A stretch of DNA of 44,827 nt, taken from the IMG/VR virus record IMGVR_UViG_3300017747_002276, positions 1 to 44,827 of that record; one strand, given 5' to 3'. A program made the translations under genes and the position numbers. Shown piece by piece: positions 34,280 through 42,551 of the stretch. The notes beneath the pieces are model-generated. The model had not been told where the DNA came from. It did not search any database and worked only from the letters and a program-made list of their open reading frames with translations. Numbering within the stretch: the first letter of the stretch is position 1; each line of letters starts with the position of its first letter. This DNA is from a virus (Duplodnaviria; Caudoviricetes).

Positions 34280-34501
34280 ATGAGTGACCTGAACGATGTG
34301 TCTTTCAAGTTGGGCCAAATCGACGGCAAACTTGATCAAGTGCTCGAAGCGATGAAAGCCCACATCGCGGCGGACGACGTTCTGCATAAAGAAGCCGACA
34401 CACGCATCGACAAGCTGGAGAAACAGCGGTCATGGATTATGGGCGCTGCGTCCGTGGTGGCGGTCGGCGTCTCCTCTCTTTGGAATATGGTGATCCGATG
34501 A
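34280..34501 (+). CDS. Coiled-coil plus C-terminal TM protein (XhlA/holin-like)
   Basis: LGQIDGKLD...RIDKLEK..W followed by a TM segment. Confidence 0.7.
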   Translation: MSDLNDVSFKLGQIDGKLDQVLEAMKAHIAADDVLHKEADTRIDKLEKQRSWIMGAASVVAVGVSSLWNMVIR

Positions 34502-34782
34502 AACATCTTTTAGACAAGTTGCGCATGGGCGAATGGCTGCTGTGCGGCCTAGTGCTGCTCGGCGTCATCGCTTGGATTGCGCCGGCTCAAATCTCAGTCG
34601 TGCTCTACAAAGGAGCCTTGGTGACATGCTTCGCGCACCTGGGTTACTGGATAGACCGCCGCTTAGCCCCCTATGGTCGCCCCGAAGACAGTTCCGGCGA
34701 CACGCAGGACTACCGCACCGACACCATCCGACGCGCGGTGATCGTGGCCGCGGTTATCTTGGCTGGAGCAATGGCGCTGTGA
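34498..34782 (+). CDS. Putative holin
   Basis: 2-3 TM segments. P.Q..V.LYK..L......GYWIDR...PY.RP and RRA.IV.A pattern. Confidence 0.8.
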   Translation: MKHLLDKLRMGEWLLCGLVLLGVIAWIAPAQISVVLYKGALVTCFAHLGYWIDRRLAPYGRPEDSSGDTQDYRTDTIRRAVIVAAVILAGAMAL

Positions 34783-35006
34783 ACGAGTTCCTCAAGCATC
34801 TTGTAACGGAAGACGAGGAAGCCAAGATCGGCGATTACGCTCGTGTGTTGTCGCTTGTGGGCGGCACAGTGCTGATGGGTATGGGTATCTACCAGTTCGC
34901 TCTTGACCCGCTGCATTTTTCCATCAACAACTTTGGCGTCGCCATGATGCAATATCTGATTGGTTGCGCCGCCCTGATCTTCGGCAAAACGTGGAGTGGC
35001 GCATGA
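34779..35006 (+). CDS. Two-TM membrane protein (holin/antiholin candidate)
   Basis: GTG start coupled to the holin stop, GGAG RBS, two hydrophobic segments. Confidence 0.6.
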   Translation: MNEFLKHLVTEDEEAKIGDYARVLSLVGGTVLMGMGIYQFALDPLHFSINNFGVAMMQYLIGCAALIFGKTWSGA

Positions 35007-35674
35007 GGAAGCCATCTTCCTTCGTGGGTACAACGCAGCAAGTCGCCGCAGCATTGTTGCGCATGGCAGGCTTTGTTGCGTACTACGTCATCTTAATTGC
35101 GCTTATTGTGTGGGTTGCAGTAACGTATGCCCGTGCTGAGCCTTTGGCCGCCCGACAGTACCGCGCCGATCTCACCCGAGAGGCACATGCGCATTGGGGG
35201 CTCGACGCTCCAATCGCGCTGCTCGCTGGACAAGTCGAACAAGAAAGCGCTTGGAGACCCAATGTGTGCAGCCCCTACGCTTGCGGACTTGCTCAATTTA
35301 CCTCTGGAACAGCGACATGGATCAGTGCGCGTTACGGAAATCTCCTTGGAGGGGCGAACGTATTCAATCCCCAATGGGCTCTACGTGCCCTTGTTATCTA
35401 CGATAGAGATTTGTACCGAGCACGGGCGACCGCGGCTACAGATCGAGACCGTTGGGCTTTCACCCTCAGCTCCTATAACGGTGGAGCTGGCAACCTCAAC
35501 AGAGAAATTGCCAAATGTCGGGCGCTTCCGCCGTGCGATCCCAGCCGATGGGAAGGGCACGTAGATGGACAATCAGCTCGGGCCGACTGGGCCTACCGGG
35601 AGAACCGCGGATACCCCCGCGCAATCTTCCGTCGCCAGCTCGCCTACACCCACTGGGGGAGAACTGTGCTATGA
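35003..35674 (+). CDS. Endolysin, SLT lytic transglycosylase with N-terminal membrane anchor
   Basis: QVEQESAW (catalytic E), GLAQF, SYNGG.G, ENR.YP. N-terminal hydrophobic helix. Confidence 0.9.
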   Translation: MRKPSSFVGTTQQVAAALLRMAGFVAYYVILIALIVWVAVTYARAEPLAARQYRADLTREAHAHWGLDAPIALLAGQVEQESAWRPNVCSPYACGLAQFTSGTATWISARYGNLLGGANVFNPQWALRALVIYDRDLYRARATAATDRDRWAFTLSSYNGGAGNLNREIAKCRALPPCDPSRWEGHVDGQSARADWAYRENRGYPRAIFRRQLAYTHWGRTVL

Positions 35675-36069
35675 TAGCTGCGCTGATGGGTCTCCCACTT
35701 GCCTTGCGCCTGCTGTTCCTGGCTTCGACCGTCGCGGCTGGTGTAGCCGGCGTCGGCTGGTGGTCGAGCAGCCGTGAAGTGGCGTCTGTAACCCGCGAGC
35801 GTGACACGGCGCTGGAACGCGTCGGCACCTTGGCCGCCAGCAATGGCGTTCTCCAGGCGTCCATCAAGGTGCAGAACGAATGGGTCACCCGATACTACAC
35901 CGCCAGCCGCGTACAATTGGCGGCGGGTACGGCCGCGCTGGAGGCCGCAAGGAAGGCCGGCCGCTTGACGGAGGCCAACATAGCGGCTCTACTGGCGAAG
36001 CCCCTGGGCAACGGTCCTGCGGAGGCCTGCACGGTCGCCGATGCCCTTATTCTGGAGACGATCCGATGA
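35671..36069 (+). CDS. i-spanin (Rz-like)
   Basis: N-terminal TM, coiled coil, C-terminal Cys. Follows the endolysin. Confidence 0.75.
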   Translation: MIAALMGLPLALRLLFLASTVAAGVAGVGWWSSSREVASVTRERDTALERVGTLAASNGVLQASIKVQNEWVTRYYTASRVQLAAGTAALEAARKAGRLTEANIAALLAKPLGNGPAEACTVADALILETIR

Positions 36070-36446
36070 AGACCTTAGCCGCCTGCGCCTTAGCCGTCGC
36101 CGCCCTGGTCAGCCAGCCGGCCGCGGCGCAAACCTCTATCCACGTTTGGGGCGTCGTTTGCTTCACCGAGGCCGCCGCCGTCGCGTCCGCCGAGGCCTTC
36201 AACGAGGGCGGCCTCGATCTACAGGACGAAGTCATTGACCACATGGTCAACGTGACGGGCGACTGCGCCCGCATCTCGGAAGCGAACGGCGTCGATGGCT
36301 TCGTCGTTTACAACGGTCCCGTGGTTGGTGAAAAGCGCGTCGTCGGCATTGCCCCCGATCCGCACGCTGGCCCAGTCCTGTTCGGATTGTTCAACGCCGA
36401 CGACGCCGGTCCACCCGATCACATTCCCCAAGACGACGAGGCATAG
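36066..36446 (+). CDS. Secreted/periplasmic protein of unknown function
   Basis: Sec signal MKTLAACALAVAALVSQPAAA-Q, acidic mature part with two Cys. ATGA-coupled. Confidence 0.65.
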   Translation: MKTLAACALAVAALVSQPAAAQTSIHVWGVVCFTEAAAVASAEAFNEGGLDLQDEVIDHMVNVTGDCARISEANGVDGFVVYNGPVVGEKRVVGIAPDPHAGPVLFGLFNADDAGPPDHIPQDDEA

Positions 36447-36447
36447 G

Positions 36448-36729
36448 ATGTTAAAGGCAACATACATCGCGTTTGTGTTGGTTATGGCATACGGCTGCGC
36501 TGGTGCCCCGCGGGAGATCGTGCGCACGGTCGAGGTTCAGGTGCCGGTGACGGTGCCCTGCGCGCGGTCTTTGCCACCGGAGCCGGCGTGGTACGACACG
36601 GCCGACAAACTAAGAGCCGCACCCAATCATGACGAGCGGGTGCGGCTCCTGTTGCTTGGGCGCTTCCAGCGCGATCAGCGCATCACGGACTTGGGAGCTT
36701 CCTTGGCCGGTTGTCTGCCGGCGCAGTAG
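36448..36729 (+). CDS. o-spanin (Rz1-like lipoprotein)
   Basis: Lipobox AYGC, V.VPV.VPC, Pro-rich, C-terminal Cys. Confidence 0.8.
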   Translation: MLKATYIAFVLVMAYGCAGAPREIVRTVEVQVPVTVPCARSLPPEPAWYDTADKLRAAPNHDERVRLLLLGRFQRDQRITDLGASLAGCLPAQ

Positions 36730-37171
36730 CCCGCTCGGCCTCGATCTCCCGCTGCAACAGCTCCAGCGACCGCCACGCCAGTTTGCCGGTGTGCCGTAGG
36801 CCATCCGTGTCGAGTTTCCCCTTGTCCACTAGGTGGCGCACGATCTCGTTGCCTACACCGATAGACTTCTCGCGCGCCCAGTGCATCGGTTCACCGGGGT
36901 TATGCTGCTCGTTCGCGCGGTGCGAAACGTGCGACACGTAGGCGATGGCGTCGGGGAAATACGCGATGGCCCCCTCGAACATGGGATATGTTTTGCGCTC
37001 AGCGCTCGTCAGGTGATCCATGAAGCCCTTCGCTGACCCATAGGGGGCCTCAAGCAGGGGACTTTTGCCAACGATGCGCACAGGCGGCGGTATCTCTGAC
37101 GGGTGCCGCGGATCATCATATTGCACACAGTTGCAAGTGGGCGAGCAATTCGCCGCATTACATTTACCCAT
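36683..37171 (-). CDS. DUF5664-like dATP/dGTP diphosphohydrolase
   Basis: ERK.YP...G...YFPDA...V..VS...N.QHNPG..MHW.R.KS...RHL..D.DG.RH..K.AWR.L. Start MGKCN with GGAG RBS. Confidence 0.75.
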   Translation of the reverse strand: MGKCNAANCSPTCNCVQYDDPRHPSEIPPPVRIVGKSPLLEAPYGSAKGFMDHLTSAERKTYPMFEGAIAYFPDAIAYVSHVSHRANEQHNPGEPMHWAREKSIGVGNEIVRHLVDKGKLDTDGLRHTGKLAWRSLELLQREIEAERATAPADNRPRKLPSP

Positions 37172-37706
37172 TGCTGTCTCCAGTTGGTTTGATGTGAACG
37201 CTTTCGCCGTCAACGACGCGCGTGACTTCCTCGTAGGGCATCCAACGGTCGTCGTACCAGAAGCCCCATTTGCGCACGTTTGGTCCCGTCGAGAACAGGG
37301 TCATCGTGTACGGTACAGCAGGCGGCAGAAAGAGACGATGCGACCACGCGGCTATGCGCCATATTACGTCGCCCTTGTGGCGCACGTATGTCGTCGTGTT
37401 CCGTTGCGTCGGCCGTTCGCTGCTCATGCAGATGCGTTCTCCGTAGCCACCGCTTAGGATCACGGACTGATTGTCCCACGGATGATCGTGCAGCGGCCGC
37501 TCAGGATCATGCGCCACCTGAACATGGAAGTAGACGTTGCAGCCACCAGCGCCCGGCATCCGCACCACCCACCAGCGATAGAGGTACGGCTTCCCATCCG
37601 GCGATATCACCAGATCGGGAGCGCGCAGCTCTCCGAGGATCGCGAGCGCCTGTTTGCGGTCAAACTCGCTGACGTTATTCCAGTCGAAGTCCTTGGTCCA
37701 AATCAT
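37164..37706 (-). CDS. Cupin-fold protein
   Basis: PYL.RW, D..R.LHDHPW....IL.GGY.E, H-R-L, TLF.TGP..R.WGF. GGAGG RBS. Confidence 0.75.
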   Translation of the reverse strand: MIWTKDFDWNNVSEFDRKQALAILGELRAPDLVISPDGKPYLYRWWVVRMPGAGGCNVYFHVQVAHDPERPLHDHPWDNQSVILSGGYGERICMSSERPTQRNTTTYVRHKGDVIWRIAAWSHRLFLPPAVPYTMTLFSTGPNVRKWGFWYDDRWMPYEEVTRVVDGESVHIKPTGDSNG

Positions 37707-37718
37707 CTTGGCCTCCGT

Positions 37719-38135
37719 TTAGTAGCGGTCTTCCGCGGATGGCTCCACCGCAACATCCCACGCGGGGAAACTTTCGCCGTTGGTTTCGCCCGTGCGGCGA
37801 TCCAACTCCGCGGCCAACGAGAAGCCGTATAGGTTGGCGAAGCGCAGGGCCTCGATCACCAGATCGGCGCTCATGTCGCGAATGACCTTGATCTGATCTT
37901 CGGTTATGAACGCGGTCGCCTTTTTGCCATCGCCGTGGTCGAGCGTTTCGAAGACCGCCGCAAGTTTGCCGCCTGTCTTCGCGACGTGCAGAGCGACGTG
38001 GCTGCCCAGGATGTGCGGCACCCAGCCCAGGTCGAATGCAGTATAGACACCGGGCGTGTAGGGCACCGTCCACGGCTGATGCTTCTGAGCGTGACTGATC
38101 GTCAGCGTCTCAGTGTCACGAGGGAACATTGTCAT
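37719..38135 (-). CDS. MazG-like (all-alpha NTP pyrophosphatase fold) protein, degenerate
   Basis: HVALHVAKTGGKLA...ADLVI.ALRFAN..G.SL. GGAGG RBS. Confidence 0.55.
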   Translation of the reverse strand: MTMFPRDTETLTISHAQKHQPWTVPYTPGVYTAFDLGWVPHILGSHVALHVAKTGGKLAAVFETLDHGDGKKATAFITEDQIKVIRDMSADLVIEALRFANLYGFSLAAELDRRTGETNGESFPAWDVAVEPSAEDRY

Positions 38136-38148
38136 GTGAACCTCCAGG

Positions 38149-38451
38149 CTACGAAGCGGTGACGGGGAACTTCTCTGCGAGCCTCGCTTCGGTGGCTGCA
38201 TCGAGATTGACGCCGACGATGCCGGCAAATCGGGACGCGCAGATCACGAGATCGGCGAGGTACTTCGCAACCTCCTCCGGTTTCAGATCGCGTTTCTCGT
38301 GCTCTGCATCGTTGAGAGCGGTGGCCGTTTTGCCGGCCGCCTTCAGGATGTGGAGCAGCGAATGGTTCGGGGTCGCGGACAGGTGGCACGGGTTATCAAG
38401 CTCGTGCGACCAGCGCGTACACACTTCATGTTGCAGCTTGTAGAGTTGCAT
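38149..38451 (-). CDS. MazG-like protein, degenerate; paralog of 37719-38135
   Basis: HSLLHILKAAGKTA...LADLVICASRFA...GVNLD.A...RL.EKF. AGGAG RBS. Confidence 0.6.
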   Translation of the reverse strand: MQLYKLQHEVCTRWSHELDNPCHLSATPNHSLLHILKAAGKTATALNDAEHEKRDLKPEEVAKYLADLVICASRFAGIVGVNLDAATEARLAEKFPVTAS

Positions 38452-38460
38452 CGTCGTCTC

Positions 38461-39699
38461 CTATTGGGCTGGCACAACCAGCCAGTTCGGTTGCTTCTTC
38501 GGCATCTTCACCGGGTCGCAGTAGACCTGCGTCTGGTGGGCGATCCCGTAGCCGAGGTACGAGAACCACAGTGCCTGCGACGCGGCCGTGTAGTCGGCGC
38601 GCAGCGCGAGCTTCGCAAACTCATCGTAGCCCTTGAGGCAGTTATTGACGATGCCCCAAAAGAGCCAGTGGAGTTGATGCCAGTGACCGCAGATCACGGT
38701 GTCCACCTTCTGCCCGACCTTGGCATAGGACTTGATGATCTTCATGAAGCCGCGAATGATTGGCCCCAGCGCGCCGATGTGACCGTCGCCGCCCTTGACG
38801 CCCATGCTGTCGCCGTGCGTCAGCAAGTACCAGTGCCCGAGCACGCAGTAGCGCACGTCGGTGCCGGCCGCAACCGTGAAGGTGAAGCGCGTGTCGCCCG
38901 TGTCTTTGAAGAAGCGCTCAAGCTGGCAGTAGAGGTTCCACTCGTACGACGTGGTGACGCGGGACTTCATGCGCGGCTTCATCGACGTGCGCCCATGGTT
39001 GCCCACCACGCAGGGGACATAGATCAGGGCACCGGGGAACGCGTCTGCGATCTGGCGCAGCGCCGCAATCAGGATGCCACGAAGCTTGTCGATACATTCG
39101 AGCGGGCGCATCGGCGACGTGTCGGCCAACTCGCTGTGAATGTCGCCAGTGATCATGTCGCCGCCGAGGTTGATCACGATGCCGAACGGCTTCGGCGTTT
39201 GCTTGCGGATCAGCTTGATCGTCGTTTTGACCAGATGCTGGATGCGCTCCTCGGCGATCTTCGGATTGAACTCGTTGAGCCCATCAACCTCGTTGCGCTT
39301 CACGACTTCGCCGTAATGCCAATCGGACCAGATCGTCATCGGGACGCCGGGCGTATTGTCGATGGTGCCGCGCGGGCTCAGCCACTTCGGCGGCTCACTC
39401 GGGTCGCGGCTGAGGCTGTATATCTCCTCGCGCACATCCTCCGCTTCAAGACTTTCGGTTTCGTGATCGGCGAGCTTTTTTTGGAGGATTTTTATCTCGA
39501 CGTTTGCCTTTTGCAGCGGGTCCACCAGCTTTGTCTTTGCCGTCAGCCCTCTTGCCTTTGCTCGTATGAGCTGCCGGCGCAGTGTTTCCGTCGATACTCC
39601 CAGCACGGCCCCGGCTTTTGCGAGGCTTCCCTCTACGGCCTTCACCTGAAGCATGTGTACCAGCTCCGCGTCCGTCTTCTTGTCCGTGTTGTGCGTCAT
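38461..39699 (-). CDS. Calcineurin-like metallophosphoesterase with N-terminal HTH
   Basis: SDWHYG, GGDMI.G, GNHGR, THGD, GHWH. HTH SLAKAGAVLGVSTETLRRQL. Start MTHNT with AGGAG RBS. Confidence 0.85.
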   Translation of the reverse strand: MTHNTDKKTDAELVHMLQVKAVEGSLAKAGAVLGVSTETLRRQLIRAKARGLTAKTKLVDPLQKANVEIKILQKKLADHETESLEAEDVREEIYSLSRDPSEPPKWLSPRGTIDNTPGVPMTIWSDWHYGEVVKRNEVDGLNEFNPKIAEERIQHLVKTTIKLIRKQTPKPFGIVINLGGDMITGDIHSELADTSPMRPLECIDKLRGILIAALRQIADAFPGALIYVPCVVGNHGRTSMKPRMKSRVTTSYEWNLYCQLERFFKDTGDTRFTFTVAAGTDVRYCVLGHWYLLTHGDSMGVKGGDGHIGALGPIIRGFMKIIKSYAKVGQKVDTVICGHWHQLHWLFWGIVNNCLKGYDEFAKLALRADYTAASQALWFSYLGYGIAHQTQVYCDPVKMPKKQPNWLVVPAQ

Positions 39700-40174
39700 T
39701 GTTGCTGCTCCTGCATTGTTCGATGGCGTAGAATAGGCCGCATATGGCGTCGGCCTCGTGCTCGTTTGGGTTCGCGTCCATATGCGCGAACACGTCGGCC
39801 TCCAACAGAAGACGTTTGGCTGCCGCAATCATCTCGGGCTTATCAGCTTTGCCTGATCCCGTCGCCCACTTCTTTATGGTGGAGGGGTCCATGTCGAGAA
39901 CAGGAAAACCTCGCCGTTCAGCAACAGCCTCGATAATGCCAGCTTGGCCCCATAGGCTTCGCGTTGCAGCTTGACCGCGTGCGAAGGGACGCTCGAAACC
40001 CACGGTGTCCACCATGATGCCCCGGAGCTGTCCATCCAAACTTTCGAAGGTTCTCCAGAGCCGCGCGGGTCTAGCAGGCGCGGTTGAATGATCGAAATGT
40101 CCATAGGTGATATCCCCGCTCGCATTCGTGGCCCATCCCAGGACGGAGCCCACGTCGTACCAAATGATCTTCAT
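39446..40174 (-). CDS. RuvC-like Holliday junction resolvase
   Basis: WYDVGS..GWA, GFERPF, P.TIKKWATGSGKADK, HEADAI. The frame runs on about 85 codons into the next gene. Confidence 0.85.
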   Translation of the reverse strand: MKIIWYDVGSVLGWATNASGDITYGHFDHSTAPARPARLWRTFESLDGQLRGIMVDTVGFERPFARGQAATRSLWGQAGIIEAVAERRGFPVLDMDPSTIKKWATGSGKADKPEMIAAAKRLLLEADVFAHMDANPNEHEADAICGLFYAIEQCRSSNNDAQHGQEDGRGAGTHASGEGRRGKPRKSRGRAGSIDGNTAPAAHTSKGKRADGKDKAGGPAAKGKRRDKNPPKKARRSRNRKS

Positions 40175-40185
40175 AGTGCCCTCGC

Positions 40186-40317
40186 CTACAGAAACTTGTC
40201 CAACGCGCTCGTCACTTCCTGCATCAGCCACCGCACTACGACCACGATCACAGTCACCGTGCACACAACGATGACAGTCGCGATAGTGCCTACGATCCAC
40301 CAAACCATAATCCACAT
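40186..40317 (-). CDS. 43-aa single-TM peptide (not in ORF track)
   Basis: MWIMVWWIVGTIATVIVVCTVTVIVVVVRWLMQEVTSALDKFL, RBS GGGGAG. Confidence 0.6.
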   Translation of the reverse strand: MWIMVWWIVGTIATVIVVCTVTVIVVVVRWLMQEVTSALDKFL

Positions 40318-40329
40318 GGCGATCTCCCC

Positions 40330-42402
40330 TCACTTGCGGTATCGACCCCCGGACCAACAGTCCGCGAACACCGGGACATTCCGCTCGATGGCCCAACGCG
40401 GGCGATCTCTCATTATCTGCTCCAGCTTATGCGCGTCGCTGTGCGCTGTCAAGGGTTCAGCGATGATCTCGTCATGCACCGTCAGCACAACCGGCAAATT
40501 CTCGCGCTCGCATTTGAACATGGCGTGCGACAGTAGATCACGCGCTGAGCCTGACACAACATTTTCCGTCAATAGACCTCCGTAAGCGTCGATTATCCGC
40601 CAACGCCCCATCTTCTGCGCGTTAAACGTCCACGCCGCGCGAATGTCGGTCTCATCCCACACCATGGCCTTCTTGACCGGCGTCGGGTTTGCATAATAGA
40701 GCTTGCGACCTGACGGCAGACGCGCCGTCATCCACATATCCTCGATCCGGTATTCTACGCCGTACGCTTCGTGCGGAGTGCGGTCCCAGGCGGTGGCGCA
40801 CGCGGCCTCCTCAAGAGCGTACCAAAGCTTCGGCACTTCTGGTGCCCACTCCTGGCGGTAGGCGCTGATCACGCGCTTGCAGAAGTCAAGGCTCTCGTGC
40901 GGCGCATATTGCTTCTGGAACTTCGGTGCTCCCATCTGGAAGCCGCAGCCGAGCACCGTCTGTTTGCCCACCGTGCGCTTCTCCGGGTCTTTCTTCTTGT
41001 CCACCGGGACGCCGTAGATCACCTGCGCCATATCGATATACACGTCGGACTTCGGATCGTTGAGCAGGGCGAGCTTGTCATCTTGGCCGGCGAAGGCCAA
41101 CACGATGCAGGCCTCGATGCGTGCGAAGTCGCCGACGTTCAGATCGCGGCCGGGCGACGCAATGATGCAGTGGCGGAGGCCGCTGATCACTACCTCGATG
41201 GGGTCACCGTAGAGAAGCGCGATGTGCTCGGCGTCGCCCGACATGATGGCTTCGTACACGAGCTGCCAATCGACGGAGACAGCCTCCATCTTCTGCGTCT
41301 TCTCGTTCCACGTCTCGTGCTTCAGTGTCGGGCGCGGGAAGTTGTGGGGCTGAAACAAGCGCCCGGCCCAGCGTCCAGTACCTGCGCCATGATACTGCAC
41401 GGCCCCGCGCACCCTTCCATCGCTACCGAGACAGGCCCTGATTGCCTTGAGCTTCTTGATCGATGCCGATCCTGCGACGCGTCGTATGTCGAGTACACGT
41501 CGAACGTGGTCTGGCACTCCGAACAATGGAGTTTCATCAAATGCGTCGTCAACAGTGGGGCCTTCGTCTTCGTCGTCTTGGTCTTCGCCGTCATGGATGG
41601 GGTTCTCACCTAGCAGCTTGATGATCGTGGCCTTCTGTAGGTTCGGGATCGCGACGCCTTGGCCGTGGACCCACTTCAGGATTTTGTCTCGCTGTCCGAT
41701 GGCGAGGCCGCCAGTGAGGGCGGACAATTCGGCCACGAGGGGCCGCATAGCTTGATCCACAACTGTTTCACATGCGGAAACGAAGTCAGGATCAATTCTA
41801 ACTCCTCGCTCGTTAATCCTTTGATCCATGAGCCATACGTTACGTTCCGAGGCTTGGAGTGGACCAATGCGGTGGAGAAGTTCGATCTCGGCCCTAACGT
41901 CTTGACGGCAGTACTCGTAGACACGAGATAGAGTTGCTTCAGTACGGTCATAGTTTCCCTTCCGATCTGGCTTCGATAGTTTCTTCACGAGCGCGGAGCC
42001 CACGCTATCCTTCTGTTCGTTCAAGCGCAAGACGATGGCGGCCTTGTCGAGGCCGAGAGGCAGCACCTTCATCGCACATACCGACTGCGTGCAGTGCCAC
42101 CGCTTGTTCGGGATATCGGGCCAACCGTATTGGACCATCATGATCCTGCGCCAGATCATTTTCTCGAACAGGACGTTGTGCGCGCAGAATAGGATCGCCT
42201 CGTTCGCAATCAGCAGGGCAAGCGGATGATCCGGCCGATAGTGCAGCTCCTCGCCGAACATGATCGAGGGCGCAGCCGCGGCAGCGGACTGATAGGACAG
42301 GCAGATCACTTCGGTGGCGGGGTTCTCCGCATATACCGCAGCGCCGGCCTTCTTCAGGTCCACAGGCCCCGCGGTCTCGAAGTCGAATAGACAGTAGCTC
42401 AT
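40330..42402 (-). CDS. Family A DNA polymerase with 3'-5' exonuclease (APSE/BPP-1 type)
   Basis: ExoI DFET, AHN..FE, ExoIII YCRQD, TGRW.G, motif A DFARIEA, motif B R..GKQTVLGCGF, motif C VHDE. Start MSYCLFDFET. Confidence 0.96.
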   Translation of the reverse strand: MSYCLFDFETAGPVDLKKAGAAVYAENPATEVICLSYQSAAAAAPSIMFGEELHYRPDHPLALLIANEAILFCAHNVLFEKMIWRRIMMVQYGWPDIPNKRWHCTQSVCAMKVLPLGLDKAAIVLRLNEQKDSVGSALVKKLSKPDRKGNYDRTEATLSRVYEYCRQDVRAEIELLHRIGPLQASERNVWLMDQRINERGVRIDPDFVSACETVVDQAMRPLVAELSALTGGLAIGQRDKILKWVHGQGVAIPNLQKATIIKLLGENPIHDGEDQDDEDEGPTVDDAFDETPLFGVPDHVRRVLDIRRVAGSASIKKLKAIRACLGSDGRVRGAVQYHGAGTGRWAGRLFQPHNFPRPTLKHETWNEKTQKMEAVSVDWQLVYEAIMSGDAEHIALLYGDPIEVVISGLRHCIIASPGRDLNVGDFARIEACIVLAFAGQDDKLALLNDPKSDVYIDMAQVIYGVPVDKKKDPEKRTVGKQTVLGCGFQMGAPKFQKQYAPHESLDFCKRVISAYRQEWAPEVPKLWYALEEAACATAWDRTPHEAYGVEYRIEDMWMTARLPSGRKLYYANPTPVKKAMVWDETDIRAAWTFNAQKMGRWRIIDAYGGLLTENVVSGSARDLLSHAMFKCERENLPVVLTVHDEIIAEPLTAHSDAHKLEQIMRDRPRWAIERNVPVFADCWSGGRYRK

Positions 42403-42413
42403 GGAGCCTCGGG

Positions 42414-42521
42414 AAAAAAATGGTGGCAGGCCCGGGGCGACCGTGATTTTACACCCTGCCACCTAGAGGAAAATGGGGCCGTCATGCGTGACGCTTTATC
42501 ATTGCGTTGCAGGACGGCCCC
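42414..42521 (-). terminator. Two tandem hairpins with U-tracts between the SSB and polymerase genes
   Basis: GGGGCCGTC/GACGGCCCC then AUUUU. GGTGGCAGG/CCTGCCACC then U7 on the minus strand. Confidence 0.55.
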
Positions 42522-42551
42522 TGGTGTCTGACGTTCGGCGCAAGCGCTTAC

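Noticed and set aside
36683-37171. 2-aminoadenine (Z) genome
   Set aside because: No PurZ/adenylosuccinate synthetase-like ORF is present. A DUF5664-like gene alone is insufficient.
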